Part shown: positions 41,609-51,764 of the stretch, one piece after another
Layout: each line of letters starts with the position of its first letter
Numbering within the stretch: the first letter of the stretch is position 1
Origin: Minisyncoccota bacterium
GTDB lineage: Bacteria > Patescibacteriota > Minisyncoccia > Phycocordibacterales > UBA2100
Length of the DNA stretch: 64,000 nt
Direction of reading: 5' to 3'
Assembly: GCA_031291875.1 (NCBI GenBank)
Contig: JARLIE010000040.1
Span: 132,088-196,087 of the forward strand
Notes under the pieces: generated by a model
The model's input: the letters and a program-made list of their open reading frames with translations, nothing else
Database searches by the model: none
Told to the model about the DNA's origin: nothing
Made by a program: the position numbers and the translations under genes

Positions 41609-41730
41609 GTAGGGAGTTATGATCTCAACTCCTGCCGCTCCGGCACATTCTCGAGTCTTTGCGATTTGATGATTTCGACGAGAATGTTTGCTATGATTTT
41701 TGTTCGAGGTTTATCACAAAAAAGCCACTC

Positions 41731-42336
41731 ATGAAAGTAGTTTTGGCGACCAGGAATAAAAATAAGATGGATCAGATCCGCGCAGTGTTTGCCGGCGCGG
41801 CTATTGAAATACTCTCGCTCGACGATGTTTCCGTTTCCGGTGCAGCGGTGGAAGACGGCTCCTCGCTTGAGGAAAATGCAACGAAGAAAGTTCGGTACGC
41901 GCATGAGCGACTTACACAGCCGATGTGGGTGATGGCGGACGACACCGGATTTTTTATCGACGCCTTTGGTGGCGAGCCCGGGATCCAAGCCGCGTATTGG
42001 GGAGGCGAACACTTGAGCGCAGAAGAGCGAATGCGCTACGCACTGGAGCGAATGCATGGTGTCACGGATCGCCGGGCGACGTTTCGCACGTGCGTCGCGC
42101 TGGTTTCACCGGAAGGGGAGCTAACGTACTTTTTGGGTGAGCTGAAAGGTACCCTTCTCGAAGAACCACGCGGTACCTTGCTGCCAAGTCTGCCGTTTGG
42201 CGTTATTTTCCTGCCGGAAGGAGAATCGCGATCACTCGATGAATTACGAGTCGAAGAAGAAAGTGTGATCTCGCATCGAGGGAAAGCCTTTCGGCAGGCT
42301 CGGGCCTTTCTGGAGAAAAGAGCAAATACTGCATAA
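41731..42336 (+). CDS. rdgB: non-canonical purine NTP pyrophosphatase (Ham1/RdgB/ITPase family)
   Basis: Start at MKVVLATRNKNKMDQIRAVF. Ham1 signatures (ATxNxxK; MADDTGFFIDAFGGEPGI; SHRGKAF). Confidence 0.8.
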   Translation: MKVVLATRNKNKMDQIRAVFAGAAIEILSLDDVSVSGAAVEDGSSLEENATKKVRYAHERLTQPMWVMADDTGFFIDAFGGEPGIQAAYWGGEHLSAEERMRYALERMHGVTDRRATFRTCVALVSPEGELTYFLGELKGTLLEEPRGTLLPSLPFGVIFLPEGESRSLDELRVEEESVISHRGKAFRQARAFLEKRANTA

Positions 42337-42342
42337 TACATA

Positions 42343-42376
42343 AAAAGGGCACTCGAGTGAGTGCCCTTTTGCTTTG
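42343..42376. terminator. bidirectional rho-independent terminator
   Basis: aaaagggcactc-gagt-gagtgccctttt flanked by A- and T-runs. Confidence 0.75.
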
Positions 42377-42814
42377 TATCTGCGAACTCAGCGGTCGGTC
42401 TTCGCTTTGCGCGTTGCGACCAGGTCCCAGATTTGAACGCCGACGAGCTTGCCGGAACTGTCGTATCCGAGGTCCACGAAATGCCCTTTGCCAGGAACGA
42501 GCGGCTGCCAGCTTATGCTCACATCCTCGATCTGGACGATGGTGCAGTGCAAGGACGGGCATTCCCAGACCTGTGGCTTAAACTCAGGCACTCTGAAAGA
42601 GGGCCACGGCCGCCAGGGCCTTGAGAATAACCGTTCTCGCCAAGAGCGTCTCGGAAGCAGGGCGCCGAAAAAATCGCCGAAAGCCATTTCGCTTGCGACC
42701 TTACTCATTCTTTGATCCTCCAAGGTTCAAAAGTCTTCCAAGATTGAAGCATGTGCCCTTCAAAACGCAACAGGCGGTCATTCGACCGCCTGTTGGAAGG
42801 AGAGTGTGTTACGG

Positions 42815-44560
42815 CTATGCCTCGCAAGCGATGCAAACTTCTGGCTGTCGCAATTCGCCGGAGGCCTTGAGCGATTCTTTTTGCTCGATAACCTTTTTGC
42901 GGGAGAGCTCCTGGGCGGCGTTCATTGAGTGCTGGTAGTAGAGCGCCTTGATTCCGAGCTGCCAGGCCTGCAAGTAGAGCGAGTTGATGTCTTTTGCTGC
43001 AACGCCGTGCGGCACCATAATATTGAGCGACTGGCCCTGGTCGATGAATGCCTGGCGCACCGCAGCTTGCTCGATAACAACTGCCTGGTCGAGTTCGGCA
43101 AAGGTCTTGAAGACGTCCTTCTCGAGATCGGTGAGGAAGTCGAGGTGCTGTACGGAACCGTCGTGATCGCGGATCGAATCCCAAGTTTCAGCGGTGTTCT
43201 TGTCTTTCGATTCCAGCAAATCCTGAAGGAATTGATTCTTGATCGTGACCTTGAGCTTCGCGACGTCTTTCACGTAGCAGTTGCTCCACACCGGCTCGAT
43301 CGATTGCGAAACCTGACCGAGGATGAAGGCGGATGAGGTAGTCGGCGCGATCGCGAGTGTGGTTGTGTTGCGGCGACCATAGCCCTTGAGAACGGCTGGC
43401 TCACCGAATTTCTTCGCGAGCTCTTGCGAAGCGGCGTCGGCCTTCTTGCGCATCGACGAAAAGATTTCTGCGTTGAGTTTACCCGCGTCTTGGCTTTCGA
43501 ACGGAATCATTTTCGACTGCAAAAACGAGTGCCAACCCAAGACTCCAAGACCGACGGCGCGGTGTTCCTTGGCAAAGTTGTATGCGCGTTCCATAAAGTG
43601 GAATGATTCGCGATCTTCCGCCTTGTCGGAGTCGCGCAATTTCTCAAGCTTTTCGCAGAACTCCGTGATGACAGCGTCGAGAAGTTTGACCATCGTTTCA
43701 ACGAGGTCGGTGTCTTTCCAGGCATCGTAGTGCAACACGTTGATGGAGGAAAGGCAGCATACGAACGAGAGACGTTCGTTGGAGGGGAGCATGATCTCGC
43801 TGCAAAGATTGGACGCGACGATCTTCAGGTCTTTGTCTTTGTAGACCTGTGGACGCTGTTCGTTGGCATTATCAACGAACAGAATGTACGGGTAGCCGAG
43901 TTCGCCGCGGCGTTGGATCACCTTGGCCCAGATCGCGCGCTTCTTCTCGTCGCCGTTTTTCATTTCGGTCATCCACTCGTTGGTGACGGTAACGGCGTGC
44001 GTCATCTTTTGGATCGGGTTGCCTTCCGTGCCGATGTCGAGGAATTCCATAATGTCCGGGTGTTCGACAGGGAGGTAGGGAGAGAATGAACCACGACGCA
44101 CCTTGCCTTGGCTGATGACGTCGATGATCGACTCGAAGAGCTGCATGAAGTGAACCGGGCCGGAAGAAGCGCCGCCCGCGCTCACAGCGCCGCCGCGGGC
44201 TCGCAAAGCGCCAAAGTAGCCCGAAGTGCCACCGCCGTACTTACTCATCATGCCAGCCTCGGCCTCGGTGTAGAGAATCCCAGACATGTTGTCGGGGAGG
44301 TAGGAGCCGAAGCAGGAGATAGGAAGGCCTCTTGTGGCCCCAAAATTGGCCCATACTGGCGTCGAAAGCGAGATCCAGCCCTTAGACATGTAGTCGACGA
44401 GTTTGTCGGCATAGCCCTTCTCGCCGAGGATTTCCTCCGCGCGTCTTGCGATGATTTTGATGCGCTCGTCGGGTGTTTGACCCTCCTCGAGGTAGCCACG
44501 CGCAAGGAAGGCGCGAGAGTTTTCATTGAGCCAATACCAAGGTTCGTACGTTTTTCCCAT
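42815..44560 (-). CDS. nrdA: class I ribonucleotide reductase alpha subunit lacking an N-terminal ATP-cone
   Basis: Active-site NLCSEI (Asn-Cys-Glu), a conserved Cys pair, C-terminal radical-transfer YY (KALYYQH) and C-terminal CIACEA redox Cys pair. 581 aa is ~150-180 aa shorter than ATP-cone-bearing NrdA. Confidence 0.85.
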   Translation of the reverse strand: MGKTYEPWYWLNENSRAFLARGYLEEGQTPDERIKIIARRAEEILGEKGYADKLVDYMSKGWISLSTPVWANFGATRGLPISCFGSYLPDNMSGILYTEAEAGMMSKYGGGTSGYFGALRARGGAVSAGGASSGPVHFMQLFESIIDVISQGKVRRGSFSPYLPVEHPDIMEFLDIGTEGNPIQKMTHAVTVTNEWMTEMKNGDEKKRAIWAKVIQRRGELGYPYILFVDNANEQRPQVYKDKDLKIVASNLCSEIMLPSNERLSFVCCLSSINVLHYDAWKDTDLVETMVKLLDAVITEFCEKLEKLRDSDKAEDRESFHFMERAYNFAKEHRAVGLGVLGWHSFLQSKMIPFESQDAGKLNAEIFSSMRKKADAASQELAKKFGEPAVLKGYGRRNTTTLAIAPTTSSAFILGQVSQSIEPVWSNCYVKDVAKLKVTIKNQFLQDLLESKDKNTAETWDSIRDHDGSVQHLDFLTDLEKDVFKTFAELDQAVVIEQAAVRQAFIDQGQSLNIMVPHGVAAKDINSLYLQAWQLGIKALYYQHSMNAAQELSRKKVIEQKESLKASGELRQPEVCIACEA

Positions 44561-44571
44561 ATAACAGATAC

Positions 44572-45876
44572 TTAGAACAGGTCGTCGCCAGTGACGGGCG
44601 CCTGTCGTTTTGAATAATTAATAGAACGCTTATCGAAGAAATCGACGTGTTTGGTCGCGATCACTTCATCGTCAAACCAGCGCGTTGCTTCAACGAGCGC
44701 CGGGTCTATCGTGAATTGCGGTTTGAGACCGACGCGCTCGAGCGAAGCGTTGAAACGGTTTTTAACGAACTCCTTTACGGTAGCAGCCGGAAGGAAGGGG
44801 AGTTCGCCCTCCTCGTAGATCCAATCGATGATCGCACATTCGGCTTCGTATGCCTCTTTGCACATGTCGTAAATAACTTTTTCATTGGCAGCATCGAACC
44901 ACTCCGGGTGCTCGGTGCGAATGATGCGGACAATCTCAGCGCCGAAGAGGCCGTGGATCTGTTCTTCCTTGGAGGTCGCTTCGACCGCGTTCGAGATGCC
45001 CTTGAATAGGTTGCGGTGTTTGTTGAACGACATGATGATCAGGAACTGAGAGAAAAGCGAGACGTGCTCGATGAAGAGCGAGAAAAGCAAAACCGCCTCA
45101 GCGTATTCGCGATCCTCGTTGGCGCGCGAACGCATGATGACTTTCTCGAGATACGAAATACGCTGCGCAAGCGGCTGGATGTTCGGCACGCGCTTAAACT
45201 CTTCGTTGAGTCCGAGAATTTCCAACAAGTGCGAGTAGGCGTCCATATGACGTACTTCAGATTCTGCAAAAGTGAATCCGACGGCGCCCACTTCCGGCTT
45301 GGGGAGACGCTTGTAGATGTCGCCCCAGAATGTTTTTACCGCAACCTCGATCTGCGCGATTGCGAGCATCGTGTTCTTGATCGTGGTGCGCTCCGCGGGA
45401 GTGGCGTTGACGTGGAAGTCGTGTACATCGCGCGTGAAATTAAATTCCGTGTGCAGCCAATACGAGTGGCGGATAGCAGTGACGTATTCGATGAGCTCCG
45501 GATATTCGTACGGCTTTAGGTGCGTGCGCTTTTTGAAGATACGGCGTTCGCGTTCTCGCGCGTGTTCGGCACGATAGATGATGTACGACTTCGCCGCTTC
45601 GAGATAGCCAAGCTCCATGAGCGAGGCTTCGACGAGGTCTTGAACGCCCTCGACGGTCGGGACGCCGTTTTCGCACACTTTCGTTTGCAAATTTGATTCG
45701 CAAATGAGGTGGAGTTTGCTGTAGACGTGTTCGGCAACCTTGTGTGCAGCCTCTCGATCGCCCGTGTGGGTCGCGAGAAATGCTTTGTGGACCGCACTCG
45801 CGATCTTCTCAAGATTGAAAATTTGCGGGGTACCGTCTCGCTTGATGATCGTGGTGATGGGTCCACTGGGAGTCAT
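44572..45876 (-). CDS. nrdB: class I ribonucleotide reductase beta subunit with N-terminal ATP-cone
   Basis: Start at MTPSGPITTIIKRDGTPQIFNLEKIASAVHKAF (ATP-cone VIKRDG..E.F...KI). Then ferritin-like R2 core with ExxH metal-site motifs (e.g. ESEVRHMDAY). The longer ORF-track start would overlap murD and lacks support. Confidence 0.8.
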   Translation of the reverse strand: MTPSGPITTIIKRDGTPQIFNLEKIASAVHKAFLATHTGDREAAHKVAEHVYSKLHLICESNLQTKVCENGVPTVEGVQDLVEASLMELGYLEAAKSYIIYRAEHARERERRIFKKRTHLKPYEYPELIEYVTAIRHSYWLHTEFNFTRDVHDFHVNATPAERTTIKNTMLAIAQIEVAVKTFWGDIYKRLPKPEVGAVGFTFAESEVRHMDAYSHLLEILGLNEEFKRVPNIQPLAQRISYLEKVIMRSRANEDREYAEAVLLFSLFIEHVSLFSQFLIIMSFNKHRNLFKGISNAVEATSKEEQIHGLFGAEIVRIIRTEHPEWFDAANEKVIYDMCKEAYEAECAIIDWIYEEGELPFLPAATVKEFVKNRFNASLERVGLKPQFTIDPALVEATRWFDDEVIATKHVDFFDKRSINYSKRQAPVTGDDLF

Positions 45877-46074
45877 ATATATAGTTGTTAAAAATAATAT
45901 TGGTTGCCGATTTCCGATTAGCTGCGGGTGCTTTCGGACCCATGGGATTTCTCTCCATGGTTTTCGATGCGCGCGCGGGTGTTCGGAAATGCGACTGTCA
46001 TTATCGCTCCGATACGACGACTTCTGGCATTCTCCGAGGTGTGGATAAACCCGCTTTTCGAGTAGAATGAACAA

Positions 46075-47391
46075 ATGCAACACGTTTGCGATCCCTTCAG
46101 ATCGAAACACATCACGATTTTGGGACTAGGTCTACTCGGTCGGGGGGTCGGCGACGCGGAATTCTTTGCGCAGTGCGGTGCGCACGTCGTTGTGACGGAT
46201 AAAAAGAGCGAAACCGATCTTGCGGAGTCGGTCGAGCGACTCAAAAAATTTACGAACATCGAGTTTCATCTCGGCGGACATCGCCCGGAAGATTTTACAA
46301 ACTCTGATCTCGTCATAAAGGCCTCCGGCGTGCCGCTTACTTCTCCCGAAATTGAAATCGCGAAGAAAAACGGCGTGCAGGTCGCGATGTCCACGGCGCT
46401 TTTCGCAAAATCCGCGACGGAGCTTGGCGCAGAAATCGTCGGCGTAACGGGAACGAGAGGGAAGTCGACGACGACGCAAATGATCTACGCTGTTTTACAA
46501 GCGTCCGGTAGAAAAGTTTTGCTCGGGGGCAATGTGCGCGGCATTTCGACGCTCGCACTGTTGCCCGAAGTGACGAACGATACGATTTGCGTGCTCGAGC
46601 TCGACTCCTGGCAGCTGCAAGGCTTCGGCGATCTGCACATTTCTCCCAATGTTTCGGTATTCACCAACCTCATGCCAGATCATCAAAATTATTATCCGAG
46701 CATGGAAGCGTATTTTTTGGACAAGGCGAATATTTTTCGCTATCAACACGAAGGCGACACTTTGCTGATCGGAGCTTCAATACGAGAAAAGGTCGAGGCA
46801 TCGCATCCGAGCATCGCGCCACAAGTTCCGCAACCGCTTCCGGAGGATTGGCAACTGCAAATTCCGGGCGAACACAACCGCATGAACGCGTCGTTCGCTG
46901 TTGCCGCGCTGCGCGCGCTCGGTATCGCGGATGACGAAATTAAAAAAGGCCTCGAATCGTTCGAGGGCGTCGAGGGTCGGCTGCAATTCGTTCGCGAACT
47001 CGACGGCGTAAAAATCTACAACGACAATAACGCGACAACACCCGAGGCCACGATCGCCGCGTTGAAAGCGCTTTCGCACGAGCGCGAGAAAAAAATAATT
47101 CTTATCATGGGTGGCTCGGACAAGCAGCTTGCGATGAACGAGCTCTTGTATGAAATCGCCAAAACGTGCAAGCGGGTGATTTTGCTTGCGGGCACCGGCA
47201 CGGATCGCATCGCGCCGCTCATCGCCGATTACTCGATCTTCGACGATCTCAGCGCTGCCGTGCGGGAGGCACTGAAAAGTTCGCACGCCGGCGACGTCAT
47301 TCTTTTTTCTCCCGCGTTCGCATCGTTCGGCATGTTCAAGAACGAGTACGAGCGCAACGACGAGTTTTTGAAGATCGTGCGCTCCTTATAA
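46075..47391 (+). CDS. murD: UDP-N-acetylmuramoylalanine--D-glutamate ligase
   Basis: N-terminal Rossmann ITILGLGLLGRGV, Mur-ligase P-loop GVTGTRGKSTT, C-terminal Mur ligase domain. Order murD-murC. Confidence 0.85.
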   Translation: MQHVCDPFRSKHITILGLGLLGRGVGDAEFFAQCGAHVVVTDKKSETDLAESVERLKKFTNIEFHLGGHRPEDFTNSDLVIKASGVPLTSPEIEIAKKNGVQVAMSTALFAKSATELGAEIVGVTGTRGKSTTTQMIYAVLQASGRKVLLGGNVRGISTLALLPEVTNDTICVLELDSWQLQGFGDLHISPNVSVFTNLMPDHQNYYPSMEAYFLDKANIFRYQHEGDTLLIGASIREKVEASHPSIAPQVPQPLPEDWQLQIPGEHNRMNASFAVAALRALGIADDEIKKGLESFEGVEGRLQFVRELDGVKIYNDNNATTPEATIAALKALSHEREKKIILIMGGSDKQLAMNELLYEIAKTCKRVILLAGTGTDRIAPLIADYSIFDDLSAAVREALKSSHAGDVILFSPAFASFGMFKNEYERNDEFLKIVRSL

Positions 47392-47406
47392 TGCTAGAGT
47401 AGGCCT

Positions 47407-48681
47407 ATGAAAATTCCCCAGCACGTCTATATGGTCGGTATCGGCGGGATCGGTATGTCGGCGCTCGCGCAGCTTCTCAAACACGATGGTAAAGACGTGA
47501 GCGGCAGCGATCGCGACGATTCGCCCACCGTTGAACTGCTCGCGCAAAAGGGGATCGAGGTGACCGTAGGGATCGGCGGAATGCCAGAAGGAACTGAACT
47601 CTTGATTTATAGCGACGCGGTACCAACGAACAACGAAATACGCGAACGCGCGCGCGAGCTCGCTATCCCGCAGCTCTCGTACTTCGAGGCGCTCGGCGAG
47701 ATCTCACGCGGGAAGCGAACGATCGCCGTCGCCGGCACGCACGGCAAGACCACGACGACGGGGATGCTCGCGAAGCTGTTGCTCGATGCCGAGAAAAAGC
47801 CCACCGCGATCGTCGGCTCGATCGTGCGTGATTTTGGGTCCAACTTCCTTGCGGGCGATGAAAATCTGTTTGTCGTCGAAGCCTGCGAATATCGGGATCA
47901 TCTGCTCAAGCTCGACCCGGAAATCTTGGTGATCACGAATATTGAGCTCGATCACACGGATTACTTCCCGGATCTCGAATCGCTCAAAGAAACGTTTCGC
48001 AAAGCGGCGGCCAAGGTTCCGTCGCACGGCGCGATCGTCACCAACCCGCACGATCCGGTTATCGCGCAGGTCATACAAAACGTCTCGGCGTCGATTGTCG
48101 ATTACACCGAAGTCGATGTGCCCGAACTCGGCCTCATCGGCGAGTTCAATAGAATGAATGCGCGCGCGGCCGCCGCTGCAGCTACCGTTGCATTTGCTGA
48201 TATCAAACAAGGAACGATCGATCGCGCGCTCGCGGATTTCAAAGGCTCGTGGCGCCGGTTTGAATATAAAGGAGAAACCCCAAGCGGCGCGATCGTGTAC
48301 GACGATTACGCGCACCATCCGACCGCGATCCAAAAAACGATCGAAGCCGCGCGAGAAAAGTTCCCGGAAAAGAAGATTGTCGTCGCGTTCCACCCGCATC
48401 TCTATTCGCGAACGAAAAGTTTGCTGCACGAATTCGCCGGCGCGCTCGCGAAAGCCGATCAAGCGATCGTCGCGCCGATTTACGCGGCGCGCGAAGAACC
48501 GGATCCGAATGTTTCCAATCATGTGCTCGCGCGCGAAACGGCCGATCGGGGCGGTGATTGCATTGCGCTCGATTCATTCGATGCGATCCGCGACGAGCTT
48601 TTGCAGTTCGATTCCTCGCATCTCATCATCACGATGGGTGCGGGTGATATCTACAAGGTTGCCGAACAAATCGCCGATTAG
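47407..48681 (+). CDS. murC: UDP-N-acetylmuramate--L-alanine ligase
   Basis: VYMVGIGGIGMSALAQLL (MurC N-terminus), P-loop VAGTHGKTTTT. Confidence 0.85.
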   Translation: MKIPQHVYMVGIGGIGMSALAQLLKHDGKDVSGSDRDDSPTVELLAQKGIEVTVGIGGMPEGTELLIYSDAVPTNNEIRERARELAIPQLSYFEALGEISRGKRTIAVAGTHGKTTTTGMLAKLLLDAEKKPTAIVGSIVRDFGSNFLAGDENLFVVEACEYRDHLLKLDPEILVITNIELDHTDYFPDLESLKETFRKAAAKVPSHGAIVTNPHDPVIAQVIQNVSASIVDYTEVDVPELGLIGEFNRMNARAAAAAATVAFADIKQGTIDRALADFKGSWRRFEYKGETPSGAIVYDDYAHHPTAIQKTIEAAREKFPEKKIVVAFHPHLYSRTKSLLHEFAGALAKADQAIVAPIYAAREEPDPNVSNHVLARETADRGGDCIALDSFDAIRDELLQFDSSHLIITMGAGDIYKVAEQIAD

Positions 48682-48750
48682 CGCGGCTCACACTACCGGG
48701 CCGCTGAAGCGACTTCTCTATATTATAGAAACAGTGATAGTGTCAGCGGC

Positions 48751-49419
48751 ATGGGTACTCTATCTATAGTCGCAACGCCGATAGGCAACCTCGAGGACAT
48801 CACCCTGCGCGCGCTGCGCACACTAAAGGAGTGCGACGTTATCTATGCCGAAGACACCCGCGTGATCGCAAAGCTCCTTGCGCGTTACGAGATCAAAAAG
48901 CCCCTGCAGCGACTCGACGCGGCGACCGAAAGCGCGAAAGTGAATGAAGTAATCGAACGGCTCGAAGCGGGCGAGAAAGTCGTCTTCGTTTCCGACGCAG
49001 GCACTCCGGGAATTTCCGACCCGGGCGCGCGCCTCGTCGCAAACATTCGCGAAGCGTTGCCGGAAGCGAAGATAGAAGCGATACCGGGCGCCTCTGCGCT
49101 CGCAGCTGCAATCTCAATTGCCGGACTCTCAACCGACGAATTTTTGTTCTTCGGGTTTTTGCCGCACAAAAAGGGACGGCAGACATCGCTCAAATATATT
49201 GCGTCGAGCCTTGTGCCGGTTGTGCTCTATGAATCGCCGCACCGCATCGAAAAACTGCTCGAAGAGCTTTCCGCCGCCGGCATCGAAAAGGTGGGTGTCG
49301 CGCGCGAGCTCACAAAAATGCACGAAGAGTTTCTTTTGGGCGAGCCGCGCGCTATTGCAAAGGATTTAACGGCCCGAAAAGCGGTGCGGGGGGAGTTCGT
49401 GGTGATTGTCTATAAGTAG
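48751..49419 (+). CDS. rsmI: 16S rRNA (cytidine1402-2'-O)-methyltransferase
   Basis: MGTLSIVATPIGNLEDITLRALRTLKECDVIYAEDTRV (tetrapyrrole-methylase fold, RsmI N-terminus). 222 aa. Confidence 0.85.
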   Translation: MGTLSIVATPIGNLEDITLRALRTLKECDVIYAEDTRVIAKLLARYEIKKPLQRLDAATESAKVNEVIERLEAGEKVVFVSDAGTPGISDPGARLVANIREALPEAKIEAIPGASALAAAISIAGLSTDEFLFFGFLPHKKGRQTSLKYIASSLVPVVLYESPHRIEKLLEELSAAGIEKVGVARELTKMHEEFLLGEPRAIAKDLTARKAVRGEFVVIVYK

Positions 49420-49454
49420 TGGTTGCCGGTACTGTGGCAGGGTATACTTACAGT

Positions 49455-49700
49455 ATGACCCTCGATACGGTCATTATGCTCTTCGGCGCATTCGTCGCTG
49501 TTTTGCCGTTTCTGCAATTTCCGCAAGATTGGACGGACTTTTTTGCGTTCGTCGCCGGCATCATCATCATCGGACTCGGTATCGCCGTCAGACGCCGCGG
49601 TTTGCGCCACAATTTGGCAGCCGACCAAGCGCAGCTGTTTACAGAAGCCGGTCCCACCGAAACAACCGAAGAAGCTAGTACCAACCTCGGAGAAGAATAA
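49455..49700 (+). CDS. small membrane protein
   Basis: MTLDTVIMLFGAFVAVLPFLQFPQDWTDFFAFVAGIIIIGLGIAV has two hydrophobic helices. Start at internal ATG 49455; the ORF track's 49419 start overlaps the rsmI stop. Confidence 0.4.
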   Translation: MTLDTVIMLFGAFVAVLPFLQFPQDWTDFFAFVAGIIIIGLGIAVRRRGLRHNLAADQAQLFTEAGPTETTEEASTNLGEE

Positions 49701-49805
49701 TCGCAAGGTTCCCTGAACTACAGGGATGCCCTGGAGGGCATGTTTGCTATACTTATATAAGTTTCCTGCAGATCGCACGTTCGATCTCGGGCAAACTCTA
49801 TTTTT

Positions 49806-51674
49806 ATGTCTTCCGATATCGAACAAAGAGACGACGACAGGCGCGTTACCTATTTCGCCTCCACGCACACGCGAGGGAAACGCGAGATGTTCGGCATTCG
49901 CGCGGTGGATCGCGGCAAGCATATTTATGTGATCGGTAAAACCGGTATGGGTAAATCGACCATGCTTGAAAACATGGCGATCCAGGATATTCAAAACGGC
50001 GAGGGAATCGCGTTTATCGATCCGCACGGCTCGACCGCGGAAAAGCTTCTCGATTTCGTTCCGCACGAGCGTCTCAAGGACGTCGTGTACTTCGCTCCGT
50101 TCGACACCGATTATCCGATCGGCTTCAACGTGATGGAAGACGTCGGGTACGACAAACGGCACCTGGTCGTCTCCGGCCTCATGGGCGCGCTCAAGCGCAT
50201 TTGGGTCGACGCGTGGTCGGCTCGTATGGAATACATTTTGCAAAACACCTTGCTTGCGCTCCTCGAGTATCCGGATTCCACATTACTTGACGTGAACCGT
50301 ATGCTCACCAACAAGACATTCCGCACCGCCGTAGTTGAAAAGATTACCGACCCGATCGTGAAAGCCTTTTGGACCGAAGAGTTCGCGAACTTTACCGATA
50401 CCTATACGCGTGAAGCGACGCCGGCGATCCAGAACAAGATCGGTCAGTTCGTGGCGAACCCATTGATCCGCAATATCATCGGGCAGGCGAAATCGTCGTT
50501 CGATCTGCGCAAGATCATGGATGAGAAAAAGATTTTTATCGTGAACCTCTCGAAGGGTCGCATGGGCGAGACCAACGCTTCGCTTCTTGGCTCCATGCTC
50601 ACGGTCAAGATTTATCTTGCGGCAATGTCGCGCGCCGACGAATCCGCCGGACGCCTTGCGCGCCTGCCGCGCTTCTATTTCTATGTCGACGAATTCCAGT
50701 CGATGATGAACGAGGCGTTCGCCGACATCCTCTCCGAATCGCGCAAATATAAGCTCGCGCTTACGCTCGCCAACCAATATATAGAACAGATGGAAGAAAA
50801 AGTGCGCGACGCCGTCTTCGGCAACGTCGGTACGCTCATTTGTTTCCGCGTCGGCCCGTTCGACGCGGAAGTGTTAAAGACCGTATTCGAACCGACCTTC
50901 GAAGCCGAAGATCTTATCGAGCTCGGGCTCGGCCAGATTTACCTAACCTTGATGATCGATGGCGTCGGTTCGCCGCCGTTTTCCGCCGAGACCATACCGC
51001 CGATCGAAGCGCCGCGGATTTCCTATCGCAACGACGTAGTGACATTTTCTCGCGCCACCTTCGGAAGGACTCGTGCCGAAGTCGAGGCAGCAATCGGCAA
51101 AAAACAGCTGGAATTCATTCCACCGCCGAGGGAGGAGAAGCGCAAACGCCCCCCGATCTTGGGAGGTGGTTTTACCCCGCGCCCAAGCAGCAACTCGCAA
51201 GGAGCGCCCCGTGAGGCGGCACCCACAGCACCCGCAAGTGCGCCTATCGCAAAACCAAATCCCGACGAACAGCGCGGCGCGCTTCGAGCAGCCATTCAAT
51301 CCGCCCGTACCGAAACTTCCGCCTCCGCCCCGCCCGCCCGTTCGCCACTTGAGATATTGCGGGAAAAGGGAGGCGCTCAAACTCACGCAGGTGGGCATGC
51401 TCCCGCACCCGCGCGTCCGAACGTACACAGGGCGCCGCAGCCAACACAGCAAACAGCGCCGGCAAATGTCCCGCCTCGGCAGATGGCGAGGCCAGCGCAC
51501 CATCCCCAGCCCCAACCCAAGCAAACGCCGCGTCCGGTTGCCGCGCCGACGCCCGCTCCGGCACCGGCGCCCGCTGCGGAACCTGTTGCCGCCGCACCAA
51601 GTGCTCACGACGGAGAAGTCTCTCCGGATGTTCTCGCCCGACTTCTCAAGGATGATCGCGACAATCAGCTGTAA
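49806..51674 (+). CDS. FtsK/HerA/TraD-VirD4-superfamily P-loop ATPase (T4SS coupling-protein-like) with ~200-aa Pro/Ala-rich disordered C-terminal tail
   Basis: Walker A VIGKTGMGKST, Walker B FYFYVDEFQS, sensor-like LTLANQ. No N-terminal TM helices. The C-terminal third is P/A/Q-rich low complexity (PTPAPAPAPAAEPVAAAP). Confidence 0.6.
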   Translation: MSSDIEQRDDDRRVTYFASTHTRGKREMFGIRAVDRGKHIYVIGKTGMGKSTMLENMAIQDIQNGEGIAFIDPHGSTAEKLLDFVPHERLKDVVYFAPFDTDYPIGFNVMEDVGYDKRHLVVSGLMGALKRIWVDAWSARMEYILQNTLLALLEYPDSTLLDVNRMLTNKTFRTAVVEKITDPIVKAFWTEEFANFTDTYTREATPAIQNKIGQFVANPLIRNIIGQAKSSFDLRKIMDEKKIFIVNLSKGRMGETNASLLGSMLTVKIYLAAMSRADESAGRLARLPRFYFYVDEFQSMMNEAFADILSESRKYKLALTLANQYIEQMEEKVRDAVFGNVGTLICFRVGPFDAEVLKTVFEPTFEAEDLIELGLGQIYLTLMIDGVGSPPFSAETIPPIEAPRISYRNDVVTFSRATFGRTRAEVEAAIGKKQLEFIPPPREEKRKRPPILGGGFTPRPSSNSQGAPREAAPTAPASAPIAKPNPDEQRGALRAAIQSARTETSASAPPARSPLEILREKGGAQTHAGGHAPAPARPNVHRAPQPTQQTAPANVPPRQMARPAHHPQPQPKQTPRPVAAPTPAPAPAPAAEPVAAAPSAHDGEVSPDVLARLLKDDRDNQL

Positions 51675-51764
51675 TTGCTGACCCGCAGGTAGGCGCGTTT
51701 TCGTTCAGATTTTTTTGAACGGGCCTTTAGATTTATATGATAGCCGGTTCGTATACTGAGCCGG

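Noticed and set aside
45877-46110. 78-codon N-terminal extension of nrdB (ORF-track start 46110)
   Set aside because: It would overlap the murD start on the opposite strand, and the ATP-cone begins cleanly at MTPSGP.
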